Shown here: positions 10,171 to 20,083 of the stretch, piece after piece | Layout: every line of letters begins with the position of its first letter | How positions within the stretch are numbered: the first letter of the stretch is position 1 | Assembly (NCBI GenBank): GCA_963796125.1 | Contig: CAWCKM010000045.1 | Coordinates: forward strand, 30,226 to 94,225 | DNA length: 64,000 nucleotides | Source: Nitrospirota bacterium | GTDB taxonomy: Bacteria > Nitrospirota > Thermodesulfovibrionia > Thermodesulfovibrionales > SM23-35 | Direction: 5' to 3' | Notes under the pieces: generated by a model | The model's database searches: none | What the model was told of the DNA's origin: nothing | Seen by the model: only the letters and a program-made list of their open reading frames with translations | Translations under genes and position numbers: made by a program

Positions 10171-10191
10171 CGTGCATTCCTTCCTGCAGGT

Positions 10192-10689
10192 TTATGGTAC
10201 AGCACACTCAGAGGTATCGCCCTTTATCTTTTCTATGGCGTGAGGTATAACGTCGAGTATGGTTTCGAGATTTTCTCGGACTGCTTTTGGACTACCTGGG
10301 AGGTTGATTATTAATGTATTTCCTTTTATTCCGGCTACGGCCCTCGAGAGTGCGGCTCTTCGGGTCTTTTTGAAACTTTCAAACCGCATCAGCTCGGCAA
10401 TTCCTAAAACCTCTTTATCAATAACCTCTAATGTTGCATCAGGGGTAACATCCCTCGGGGCAAGTCCTGTCCCCCCGGTTGTGAGTATCAAATCAACCTT
10501 TCCACAGAACTGGATGAGTTTTTCTTTTATGAGGTCCTTCTCATCAGGAAGGATTTCATAAAATTTCAGATCAGCGCCAATAGGTTTTAGGATATCAGCA
10601 ATCAGAGGTCCGCTGAGGTCTTCCCGTTCGCCTTTTGAACCTTTATCGCTCAAAGTTAAAACAGCAACAGTTATCATTCGGTTAGTCAT
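10192..10689 (-). CDS. moaB: MoaB/MogA-family molybdenum cofactor biosynthesis protein
   Basis: TLSDKGS...ILTTGGTGLAPRDVTPDAT motif typical of the MoaB/Mog family. 165 aa. Confidence 0.85.
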   Translation of the reverse strand: MTNRMITVAVLTLSDKGSKGEREDLSGPLIADILKPIGADLKFYEILPDEKDLIKEKLIQFCGKVDLILTTGGTGLAPRDVTPDATLEVIDKEVLGIAELMRFESFKKTRRAALSRAVAGIKGNTLIINLPGSPKAVRENLETILDVIPHAIEKIKGDTSECAVP

Positions 10690-10725
10690 TAGTCAGTATT
10701 CAATAGTAAGTATTCAGAATAATAC
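10684..10725. repeat. Degenerate heptanucleotide tandem array (6 units)
   Basis: AGTCATT AGTCAGT ATTCAAT AGTAAGT ATTCAGA ATAATAC fills the MOSC-moaB spacer and overlaps the moaB start codon. Confidence 0.8.
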
Positions 10726-10731
10726 TTATTA

Positions 10732-11187
10732 TCACTGTTTACTGTCTACTGATATGCTGACTACTATTTCGTCTCCTACTTTTATCTTTCCACCCTTCAA
10801 CACCTTTACAAAAATTCCCTCTTTTGGCATGACACAATCACCTGCCAGATAATAAATGGCACATCGTGTATGGCATTCTTTTCCTATCTGGCTAACTTCT
10901 GCTTCTACATCTCCAATTTTCATCTGTGTACCAATAGGAAGCGTTACAAGATCGATACCTTCTGTTGTAATATTTTCTGCAAAATCGCCTGGCTTGACCT
11001 TAAGGCCGAGGTCTTGCATCTTCTTGATACTTTCGAGGGCAAGGAGGCTAATTTGCCTGTGCCATGTGCTTGAAGCATGGGCATCACCTTTAATTCCATG
11101 ATCTGTGATGATCTCTGCTTCCTTTACAGGCTTTTTTCGCATGCCTTTCTTATCACTTATATTTATGGAGACGACTTTAGCTTTCAT
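10732..11187 (-). CDS. MOSC domain-containing protein
   Basis: 151 aa with the typical N-terminus (VVSINIS...GIKGDAHA) and beta-barrel MOSC sequence. Adjacent to moaB. Confidence 0.8.
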   Translation of the reverse strand: MKAKVVSINISDKKGMRKKPVKEAEIITDHGIKGDAHASSTWHRQISLLALESIKKMQDLGLKVKPGDFAENITTEGIDLVTLPIGTQMKIGDVEAEVSQIGKECHTRCAIYYLAGDCVMPKEGIFVKVLKGGKIKVGDEIVVSISVDSKQ

Positions 11188-11219
11188 TTTCCCTCAACTA
11201 CTGACTACCTTTTTAATAA

Positions 11220-12479
11220 TTATGTTCCCATTTCCCAGCTATGAAGATAGCTGTTCTGCTCCTTTGTTAAGGTATCTATTTTTATTCCCATGGCTTTAAG
11301 TTTGAGTCTTGCAATCTCCCTGTCAATCTCTTCCGGGACAGTATAGACCTTTTTCCCGAGGTTTTTATAATTCTTTGTAATATATTCAGCACAGAGTGCC
11401 TGGTTTGCAAAGCTCATATCCATTACCCCGGAAGGATGCCCCTCTGCTGCTGAGAGATTAATCAGCCTGCCTTCAGCAAGGAGGTATATCTTCCTGTTGT
11501 TTTTCAGGGTATATTCTTCGACAGAATCCCTTATAACTCTTTTATTTTTCGACATTTTTTCGAGATCTTCTATCGCTATTTCTACATTGAAATGGCCGGC
11601 ATTAGAGAGTATCGCACCATCCTTCAAAAGAGAGAAACATTCTTTTGAGATGACATTGATATCTCCTGTTGCTGTTACAAAGATATCTCCCATCTCTGAA
11701 GCCTCTTTTATCGGCATTACCTCAAAACCGTCCATTGTAGCCTCAAGAGCCCTTAAGGGGTTAATCTCTGTGATGATTACCTTTGCCCCCATGCCCTTTG
11801 CTCTCATAGCTATTCCCTTGCCGCACCAGCCATATCCTGAGACAACAAAATAGGAACCAGAAATTAACCTGTTGGTGGCCCTCAGTATTCCGTCAATCGT
11901 AGACTGACCTGTGCCATAACGGTTATCAAAAAGATATTTTGTGTATGCATCATTGACTGCTATTATCGGATATTTTAAAAATCCCTTTTCGGCCATCGCC
12001 CTTAACCGTATTACTCCAGTTGTTGTCTCCTCAGTGCCTCCTATAACACCTTGCGATAGTCCTTTTTTTTCTTTATGGAGCGTTGAGACGAGATCAGCAC
12101 CGTCATCCATAGTAATATGAGGCCTTAACAACAAAGCGCTACTGATATGTCTATAATAACTTCTCCTGTCTTCTCCCCTGATTGCAAAAACAGGGAGCTT
12201 GGAGAATTTAACGAGTGAGGCAGCAACATCATCCTGTGTGCTCAAGGGATTCGATGCACAGAGAGAGACTGCTGCACCTCCTGCCTTTAACGTTTCCATA
12301 AGGATGGCTGTCTCTGTTGTAACATGGAGGCATGCAGAGAGCCTGAAACCTTTCAGAGGTTTTTCTCTGTGAAAGCGTTCCTGAATACTTTTGAGAACGG
12401 GCATTTCCTTAGCAGCCCACTCAATCCGTAACTTGCCTTTCTTTGCTAAATCGATATCTTTTATGTCATAGTTTGCCAT
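11220..12479 (-). CDS. ahcY: Adenosylhomocysteinase
   Basis: 419 aa. Full-length similarity to short-type SAH hydrolases ([11 protein letters not shown] motif). Confidence 0.95.
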   Translation of the reverse strand: MANYDIKDIDLAKKGKLRIEWAAKEMPVLKSIQERFHREKPLKGFRLSACLHVTTETAILMETLKAGGAAVSLCASNPLSTQDDVAASLVKFSKLPVFAIRGEDRRSYYRHISSALLLRPHITMDDGADLVSTLHKEKKGLSQGVIGGTEETTTGVIRLRAMAEKGFLKYPIIAVNDAYTKYLFDNRYGTGQSTIDGILRATNRLISGSYFVVSGYGWCGKGIAMRAKGMGAKVIITEINPLRALEATMDGFEVMPIKEASEMGDIFVTATGDINVISKECFSLLKDGAILSNAGHFNVEIAIEDLEKMSKNKRVIRDSVEEYTLKNNRKIYLLAEGRLINLSAAEGHPSGVMDMSFANQALCAEYITKNYKNLGKKVYTVPEEIDREIARLKLKAMGIKIDTLTKEQNSYLHSWEMGT

Positions 12480-12495
12480 CTCTTCTCCGTCAATC

Positions 12496-12530
12496 GTAAT
12501 GTGTAATTAAGTGATGCGTAATGAGTTAAT
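12496..12530. repeat. Near-heptameric GTAAT-phased array
   Basis: GTAAT/GTGAT/GTTAAT recur at 12496, 12503, 12511, 12518 and 12525 (spacing 7, 8, 7, 7). The 12-mer ATGCGTAATGAG is shared with 27212-27223. Confidence 0.6.
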
Positions 12531-12551
12531 AAAACCGGTCACTCTTTCCTA

Positions 12552-13703
12552 TTATAAACCTACCCCTTTTCTAAAAATATCCACTCTGTCTGTTTTTTCC
12601 CATGTAAAATCAGGATCATTCCTTCCAAAGTGACCATAGGCTGCTGTCTTCTTGAAAATAGGTCTCCTGAGATCAAGAGTCTCAATCATACCTTTTGGTG
12701 AAAGATCGAAATTCTTCCTGATAATTCGAACTATATCTTCAGAAGGCATCCTGCCTGTCCCAAATGTATCCACGAGAACAGATACCGGTTCAGGCATACC
12801 AATGGCATAAGCCATCTGCAACTGGACTCTGTCAGCAATGCCGGAAGCAACGATATTTTTTGCTATATACCTCGACATGTAAGCGCCTGACCTGTCCACT
12901 TTTGTAGGGTCTTTACCGGAGAAAGAGCCGCCACCATGGCTTCCAACACCACCATAACTATCAACGATAATTTTTCTGCCTGTAAGACCAGTGTCACCCA
13001 TCGGTCCTCCAACAACAAAACGGCCTGTCGGATTTACATAATATTTCACATGCTCTTCATCAAGAATCTCCGGGGGAATTGTCGGCTTAATTACCTTCTC
13101 GATAATGTCTTCTGTCATGTCTTTAAGGGTAACTTCAGGGCTATGCTGGGCAGAAATGACTATGCTGTCAATCCTGATTGGTTTACCATCCCTGTACTCG
13201 ACCGTTACCTGTGTTTTGCCATCAGGTCGTAAGTAGCCGATGATGTCCCGTTTTCTGACCTCTGCCAGTTTCATAGCGAGTTTATGGGCGAGAATGATCG
13301 GCATAGGCATAAGCTCTTCTGTCTCATTGCAGGCAAAGCCGAACATCAGACCCTGATCGCCGGCACCACCTATATCAACACCCAGAGCAATGTCTGAAGA
13401 CTGCTCATGAATTGACGTAATCACGGCGCATGTCTCATAATCGAACCCGTATTTTGCCCTTGTATACCCGATTCCCCGGATAGTCTCTCTCACAATATCA
13501 GGGATCTCGACATAGCAGTTTGTTGTTATCTCACCGGCAACAAAGGCTAATCCTGTCGTGACGAGGGTCTCACATGCAACTCTTCCAGTCTTATCCTCAG
13601 CAATAATCGCATCCAGGATTGCATCAGAGATCTGATCTGCTATCTTATCCGGATGTCCTTCTGTTACAGACTCTGAAGTAAAGAAATAGTTCTTGACCAA
13701 CAT
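12552..13703 (-). CDS. metK: S-adenosylmethionine synthetase
   Basis: 383 aa with the GHPDK, GAGDQG and GGGAFSGKD-type MetK signature motifs. Confidence 0.97.
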   Translation of the reverse strand: MLVKNYFFTSESVTEGHPDKIADQISDAILDAIIAEDKTGRVACETLVTTGLAFVAGEITTNCYVEIPDIVRETIRGIGYTRAKYGFDYETCAVITSIHEQSSDIALGVDIGGAGDQGLMFGFACNETEELMPMPIILAHKLAMKLAEVRKRDIIGYLRPDGKTQVTVEYRDGKPIRIDSIVISAQHSPEVTLKDMTEDIIEKVIKPTIPPEILDEEHVKYYVNPTGRFVVGGPMGDTGLTGRKIIVDSYGGVGSHGGGSFSGKDPTKVDRSGAYMSRYIAKNIVASGIADRVQLQMAYAIGMPEPVSVLVDTFGTGRMPSEDIVRIIRKNFDLSPKGMIETLDLRRPIFKKTAAYGHFGRNDPDFTWEKTDRVDIFRKGVGL

Positions 13704-13740
13704 CTTCGCCCCCTATAAGCAAATCTTTAACTGTTCTATT

Positions 13741-14587
13741 TTAGTATATTTTTTCTTTTTTTATCGCATCTGCAACTTTTGCAACTTTTACCATCTCTTT
13801 TACATCATGGGCACGAATGATATTTGCTCCATTCATGATAGAAATGGCAACGGCTGCTGCAGTGCCTTCAAGCCTTTCTGTAACAGGACATCTCCAAGGA
13901 TTTTCCCTATGAATGCCTTTCTTGATGGACCAATAAGGATTGGCTTGTCTCAATGAGTTAAATTCATGGAGGTTATTGATTATCTCGAAGGTTCTGTTCA
14001 AAGGTCTTTCCGAATCCTATCCCCGGATCAATTATTATCTTGTCCTCTGAAATTCCTGCCTGTCTTGCTATTATCATCCCGGTTCTCAGATAGTCCATTA
14101 TCTCAGGTATCAATGCCTCATAAACAGGATTCTGTTGCATATCCCTTGGAGTTCCTTTTACATGCATAATCACCACAGGGACTTTATATTCAGAAACTAC
14201 CTCTGGCATTTTAGGGTCAAATCTCAAACCGCTTATATCATTCACCATGGATGCACCCGCATCCAATGCCCTTTTTGCGACTTCTGACTTGTAAGTATCA
14301 ATGCAAAGAGGAATTTTGATTCCTCTTGAAAGGGCTTCAATGACAGGGATTGTGCGCCTTAACTCTTCCTCAATGGTGATAGGCTCCGAGCCAGGCCTTG
14401 TTGATTCACCCCCTATGTCAATGATATCAGCGCCTTCTTCGACCATCTGGAAGGCACGTTTGACTGCTGTAGACTTATCGAAGTATAAGCCTCCATCAGA
14501 AAAGGAATCAGGAGTAACATTGAGAATCCCCATTATATAGGTCTTTTTAGAGAAGTCGAAGCAGAAATTTCTCCAGGAAAGTTTCAT
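13741..14587 (-). pseudogene. folP: Dihydropteroate synthase FolP, one frameshift near 13975-14000
   Basis: ORF 13973-14587 (ILNVTPDSFSDGG, DIGGESTRPG) plus ORF 13741-14001 (C-terminal GANIIRAHDV) in different frames. Confidence 0.9.
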
Positions 14588-14605
14588 GGTTTATTTTATT
14601 ACATT

Positions 14606-15079
14606 TTACTCAGGGGAAGAAGGAAGGTTTTTAAGAATTACCGGGAGAATTTTTTCAAGGAATTCGGAAGGAGTCACGATTTTGAAAGGATACTTCCCTC
14701 TTTTGCTTGGTCTCACAAAATCCTTTTTATCTCCTGTAACAAGAAAATCCACTTTCCCTGTTATGGCTGATGCGAGGACAGGGGCGTCTTTATCAGAGAT
14801 ATGTCCTGATAGATCCCTTATCTTTTTTAATGGTGGCAGAGGGATGATTTCAAGATTCAGTTTAGGAAGATACTCATTATACAAGGAGAGTACTTCCGGC
14901 ATTTTTTTCTTGATGTTCCGTTCAATTTCGATAATATTGTATTGCCCTGTCATTCCGGCAAGAACGGGTAGGTCAAGGCAGAGAAGATCAAGAATGATAC
15001 GAGGTGCTCCCTTGTCAGAAAAGAGACCCGATATTATTACATTTGAATCGAGGAAGATCTTAACCTCTTTTTTTGCCAT
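14606..15079 (-). CDS. PIN-domain toxin (putative TA toxin component)
   Basis: 157 aa. N-terminal FLDSNVIISG and C-terminal LVTGDKKDF acidic PIN motifs. Overlaps the upstream antitoxin gene. Confidence 0.75.
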   Translation of the reverse strand: MAKKEVKIFLDSNVIISGLFSDKGAPRIILDLLCLDLPVLAGMTGQYNIIEIERNIKKKMPEVLSLYNEYLPKLNLEIIPLPPLKKIRDLSGHISDKDAPVLASAITGKVDFLVTGDKKDFVRPSKRGKYPFKIVTPSEFLEKILPVILKNLPSSPE

Positions 15080-15347
15080 AGGTCTCTTTGTAAAGGATTT
15101 CCCTCTCTTCTTTAAGCCCCGCCAAGAGCTTATCGAGGGAAAGGCCGGATGCCTTCAGTAGTTTCCTTATTTGCCTTCTCGCTTCATCAAGTTCGAGTCT
15201 TTTTGGTGTGATGATAAGAGAATCTCCCACAGGGATTATAGTAACCACCTGTCCCTCTTCAAGATGGCTCATCTCCCTTATTTTTTTCGGTATGGTTAAC
15301 TGGCCGCGGGATTTTATTTCTGCAACTGATACTTTGGCAGATTCCAT
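15060..15347 (-). CDS. AbrB/MazE/SpoVT-family antitoxin
   Basis: SRGQLTIPKKIRE...GQVVTIIP swapped-hairpin motif. Overlaps the PIN gene by 20 nt. Confidence 0.75.
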   Translation of the reverse strand: MESAKVSVAEIKSRGQLTIPKKIREMSHLEEGQVVTIIPVGDSLIITPKRLELDEARRQIRKLLKASGLSLDKLLAGLKEEREILYKETYGKKRG

Positions 15348-15710
15348 TTAAACCTCCAATAATTTCAGATTTTATGAAATCAGAATATCATAATTCAGAA
15401 TAATATGCAAATGCTTAGATGCCGGTTGTCCCGATGTTTGTGTCCCTAATTTTGTTTGACAGAAAGAGGGATTTGTTATATTCTTTAACTAACCTGAGGA
15501 TCTGTTATGGGGTAAAGAAGCGTCTTTTAGATTGCAAATTATTTACCATCAGTTTCTGGTACTTTGTCCTGAATAATCCAGTCAGAAGATTTTTGCATTT
15601 TCACAAATTCTTCATAACCCTCAATCAGAATGTCTAAAAGATATGAAAGAGAAGGAAAATAGAACCGTCCGTATTTCCATTTTCTTTTTGATGATCCTTT
15701 TCACATCTCA

Positions 15711-15896
15711 ATGATGGACAAGAGATTTGATTACTTTGAGGAAAGATGGATAACCATTGGTTCTTCAAAAAACAAAAGAGTCATAGTAATAGGCCATCTC
15801 TATTTTTTAAAAGAGGATGGTGAGGAGGTTATGAGAATCATAACGGCAAGAAAAGCCACCAAAAAAGAAAAAGAACAATATGTTACAACTGCGTGA
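15711..15896 (+). pseudogene. BrnT-like (DUF497) toxin remnant, N-terminally degraded
   Basis: C-terminal ERWITIG...MRIITARKATKKEKEQY matches BrnT. The upstream in-frame sequence (FLFDDPF) is cut by a stop, and no brnA follows. Confidence 0.5.
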
Positions 15897-15921
15897 GATC
15901 CTGAAACGAGTTCAGGATGAC
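15897..15921. repeat. Short hairpin repeat module (ATCCTGAA-ACGAG-TTCAGGAT)
   Basis: 8-bp stem immediately after the brnT stop. Same style as the arms of the nested-hairpin family. The motif GAAATCTTCTGA, 80 nt downstream, also occurs in the hisF insertion. Confidence 0.6.
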
Positions 15922-16094
15922 TATTGTCGGACAGCCTGCATCTATAGAGAGGATAGTCTTCACACAGTGTGACAGTGAGCACAGAAAGGGCGAAATCTTC
16001 TGAGGAAAATATATACGTCTTGTGATAGCAATATCTTGACAAATTAATAGCAATAAGTAACTATAAAACAGGTGTAAAAGCTTGATTTATTCTT

Positions 16095-16617
16095 ATGAAG
16101 AAGGGTGAGATGGCTTTCATGAAAGGGAGATACGATCTAATCAGAAACAAAAAAGGGCAAACGATGGTTGAGTTTGCGCTGATTGGAATCCTGCTTTTTG
16201 GTCTGGTTTTCGCCGTGATTGATTTCGGCTACATGTTCTATGTTAACCTCACCATGCAGCATGCTGTGCGGGAGGGGGCACGCTATGCCATTACAGGAAG
16301 TAGTGATGGCAGTTGTGGCGGTACAGTGCGTTCTTGTGCGGTGGCTAAAATTAGAAATAGCTCTGTCGGTCTCTGCGACAAAAACCCCTGTAACTTTACC
16401 TTCTACACCTTAGAGAGCGGGAGCCCTGTCCGAACTTCCTACAGATCCCAATGACCCGGGGAGTTCAGTTGTCGGCGGATCTTCGGAGCTAATCATGATA
16501 AGAGTTGCTTATTCCTGGCCGCTTTTAACGCCAATTGTAAAGCCCTTCTTCCCTGATGGAAAATACAGTTTCACTGTCGGAGCAACCATGCTAACTGAGC
16601 CCTTCCCGGGATCGTGA
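16095..16617 (+). pseudogene. tadE: TadE-like pseudopilin, one frameshift near 16440
   Basis: N-terminal KGQTMVEFALIGILLFGLVFAVIDFG (TadE motif). The conserved C-terminus IRVAYSWPLLTPIV...ATMLTEPF continues in another frame to the TGA at 16615-16617. Confidence 0.75.
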
Positions 16618-17162
16618 GAATGAAAAACAGGGTTTTAAGAAACCACAGCGGTCAGAGCACGATTGAACTTGCGATTATTCTACCTTTCCTGCTTTTGCTG
16701 GCTCTCGGCGTGTTCGAGTTCGCACGAGCGATCCAGGCGAAAAATATCGTCACCAATATGAGCAGAGAAGGCGCAAACATGGCCTTAAGAAGTTCGAGAA
16801 ATCACCAGGATATAATGGATGCCCTCGCCTCAACAGCTCAGCCTTTGGAGATGGCGAAAACAGGCAATGATGGTATGATATATATAACTCAATTGGAAGG
16901 CCGGTCTGACGGGCAAGTCGAAGTAGTCAAACAGGACAGATGGGATCAATGGGTTCAGCCGGGCGCTTATCGACCCCCAAGCAAGGTACTGGATCCACTG
17001 GATCCCTGTAGCCCATGGATTAACAACGTCTGTAATCCAAATCCTCCCAAGCCTACGGCCGATCTTTCAGTTCTTCATCTTCAACCTGGCGACCTTGCAG
17101 ATGATCAGGTGGCATATGCAGTAGAGGTCTTTGGTAGATATCGAGTTATCTTCAGCAAATAA
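16614..17162 (+). CDS. TadE-like pseudopilin (second copy)
   Basis: GQSTIELAIILPFLLLLALGVFEFARA TadE N-terminal motif. GTGA overlap with the preceding gene. Confidence 0.75.
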   Translation: MRMKNRVLRNHSGQSTIELAIILPFLLLLALGVFEFARAIQAKNIVTNMSREGANMALRSSRNHQDIMDALASTAQPLEMAKTGNDGMIYITQLEGRSDGQVEVVKQDRWDQWVQPGAYRPPSKVLDPLDPCSPWINNVCNPNPPKPTADLSVLHLQPGDLADDQVAYAVEVFGRYRVIFSK

Positions 17163-17226
17163 TAAATTACAGTCCTGTTATTTACTCAATAACCATATTT
17201 TAGCCATATTCTAAGTAGGAGGAACC

Positions 17227-18616
17227 ATGAGAAAAATCAAATTAATAAACCGTAAAGGCCAGGTCATAATTTATGTGACTCTTGCCGTTGTTGTACTTAT
17301 CCTTTTTGTAGGTCTCGCAATAGACAGCGGGGATAGGGTACGTTGTGAAGACAAAGCTGAATTCGGCTGTTGATGCTGCTGCTATAGCTGCAGGCCGTGC
17401 CTTGGCAGAAGGCAGCAATGACGCTGAACGACAAGCAAATGCCGAGGCGGCCGCCACTAAGTTCTTTAATGCGAATTTTTCGACCGACTATTTGAGGGCA
17501 CAAGTAACATCAGGGCCCACTATTGTTACAAACAAGGACCCAAATGGAGAATGGCATATCACTGTTTCTGCTACGGCAGTTGTTCCCACTTATTTTTTGA
17601 AAATAAGAGGCATGAACGCTTTTACTGCAAGCTCAACATCAGAAGCTCTCAAACGTGACGTGGATATGATTCTGGTATTGGATTGTTCGGGTCTTGGTCC
17701 GCCAACAAGCCCATCTACCACTTTTCCAAGGCTAAAAGATGCAGCAAAAAAATTCATAAGTTACTTTAACGATGGCCCTGGTGGGGATAGAATCGGTCTC
17801 GTAACATTTGCATCAGGCGCTGTTAGGGATGTGGAGATAAATAAAGACGCTACAGGGGGTTTACCAAAGGTGATTGCACACAGGGCTCATATAGTTACAC
17901 TAACCCAAATACAATCTGTGGAGCAATCAACGCACTGACTGTTGGTGGAGCTACGGATTCAGAGGAAGCTATGAGAAGAGCGCTGGCCGAGCTTGTTGAT
18001 GTTCCTGCCAATTTCCGCTCAAGCTTGAGGGTTATAGTGTTTTTCAGTGACGGAGCTCCAAATACGGTTGCAGGCGATTTTAATAATGGAGGAACAATCG
18101 TCCGAGGAGATCTATATCTGAGACAGATCCCGGCTCTCCCCCTAATAGGTTGTTCCAATATAACAGACGTGATCAACAGTTGCCAGGCAGCTATAATAGA
18201 TAAGCATACTGCCGACAACGGATTATACCACTACCGTGCCCCTTGCAAGTTATAATAACAGACGTACCTTAAGCCCACCCCCGGGGAGCGCTGGCTCTAA
18301 TACACGCTGCAACGTGAATAAAGCTGCCAGAAATATGGTCGAAAATGTGGCCAACATGGCCCGCGGGAAAGCCTCGACCCTATCCACGTGTATACACTCG
18401 GCCTAGGTTACCGTCTTAATACCCTGGAGATAACGTTCTGCAGTTACGGAGAGTAAGAGTACGGCGCAAATATCCTGAGAAGGCTTGCAAACACGCCGGA
18501 CTCGGAACATATAATAGCAACCAGCCAAGCGGCTTATATGTATATGCTGCAACTGATGATGAGTTAGATATGCCTTTGATACGATCGCAGCCCATTTATT
18601 ACGCCTAGTCAAATAA
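17227..18616 (+). pseudogene. tadG: TadG-like pilus protein with vWA domain, at least 5 frame lesions
   Basis: Pieces in three frames: MRKIKLINRKGQVIIYVTLAVVVLILFVGLAIDSG; KTKLNSAVDAAAIAAGRAL...DMILVLDCSG; GGATDSEEAMRRALAEL...VIVFFSDGAPN; IHVYTLGLG...FDTIAAHLLRLVK*. Confidence 0.75.
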
Positions 18617-18634
18617 AGTTATTTTTTCAATCAT

Positions 18635-18676
18635 ACAGGACGTTGCTGAGATTTTACCAGGACGTCCTGTTTTTTG
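18635..18676 (+). terminator. Rho-independent terminator after tadG
   Basis: ACAGGACGT (18635-18643) pairs with ACGTCCTGT (18662-18670), followed by TTTTTTG. Confidence 0.7.
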
Positions 18677-18823
18677 TTTGTAATTTTGGACCATTGTAAT
18701 CTCCTCACACATTTGCTTCCTGTAGCTATCTGTAAAGGTTTGTCTCTTTCTGCCCCATGCTTTACTTCGGTGTTGCCGAGAGGCTATACTTAAACATAAG
18801 TTATGTAAGTAACTGGAGGTTAG

Positions 18824-19087
18824 ATGGGAAAGATTGTGACCATAGAAGATGCGAGAAAACTTGGAGACCTGGTGGATGGCGCAAGACTAGGGGAAATGCA
18901 GTATATCATCAGTAAAAAAGGGAGACCTGCCGCTGCCCTTGTGCCGTTAGAAATTGTTCAAAGGTAGAAGAGCAAAAAGTCGTCTCTTGCGACTTATAGA
19001 AGAGGTTCACGAAAGGGACCAAGGGGAAGAAGACTGAAGAGAATAGAAAGCATCATAGATGAAGCCGGTAAAATGGGCACGGAGTAA
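18824..19087 (+). pseudogene. Phd/YefM-type antitoxin, C-terminal half frameshifted
   Basis: MGKIVTIEDARKLGDLVDGARLGEMQYIISKKGRPAAALVPLEIV is followed by a stop. RLLRLIEEVHERDQGEE and LKRIESIIDEAGK continue in other frames. Confidence 0.55.
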
Positions 19088-19099
19088 AAGCAAGGCCTG

Positions 19100-19470
19100 A
19101 TGCTCAGAGTGGTGCTCGATAGAGAATGACTCGTCTTGCTTTATTGTTTGAAGGTTACTTGCATTTGAGGGATTATGAATAAATCATGAGGTTCATTTGT
19201 AGGCAGAGCGAAGAGTCTAGCTGTCGTAGCTTGATGAAATGGTTTCCGAGTTCAGAAGAGTACTTTTATATCCTCATGAGAATACAAAAACTTCATAAGT
19301 GGTCTGAAGAAGAAGATTTGGAAGAAATATTTATCACCTCTGCCTTAAAAGTCTTGCTCATCTTGAAGAAAGTCATAGACGTGAGCGAAAATTTAGTTTT
19401 CGATGACCCAATGACAATCATGTTTCTCGTAGGCCACTCAAAACCGGCGCTAAATATATTGTCGTCGTAA
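19100..19470 (+). pseudogene. PIN-domain toxin remnant (heavily decayed)
   Basis: Starts MLRVVLDRE* (PIN N-terminal VVLD motif). Later frames (ALLFEG..., SEEEDLEEI..., VFDDPMTIMFL) resemble a PIN-family toxin. Interpretation is tentative. Confidence 0.35.
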
Positions 19471-20083
19471 TGCCATACTTTTTTAACTTAAAAAATTTGG
19501 AAACATAAGAGATATTAAAACTGGAGGTCCTTAACCGCATTAAAGAGAGGTTCTTGTAGGGAGGAGACAAGCAGGGAGCAGTTAGGGGACATACTGTCTC
19601 TACTTTATATGACTTCATGCTTCGATGGTCCTTAGTGTGAGCATGTCAATTGCAGGAGATTGTGAGCGGCCGATATCCGCACCATATCACCAGCGCGGCA
19701 ACCGCAGACAAGAGACTTTTCTTGAAGGCGAAGACTATGAGAGCAGTATATCTGAACCTTATGGCAAATGGTGTAATCATCACAGTAATTGTGAGGTTTG
19801 AGTTCCAGGACAATGCATGCAGGTGACTGGACATCATGCTTTTTATTGGATAAAATGCTGACAGAACCAAGAGAACTGTGTATAGTTGTTTTGGGCCTTA
19901 ATGGTAAGGGCTCTGATCTCATTGCTGCTTGGAGAGCAGAGGGATCAATCAGGAAAACTGTTACTTATGAACCTAGCTATCATTGAATCCTGTTGATTTT
20001 TTTTTCCTTGTAGAAGGCCGGTTTCCAGTGATTGCTGCTTTGCATAAACTAACCGCGTTTAAGCGCCGGAGTTCTTCAATCAC

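Noticed and set aside
19632-19922. 96-aa minus-strand ORF and the overlapping 74-aa and 62-aa ORFs in the island
   Set aside because: placeholder
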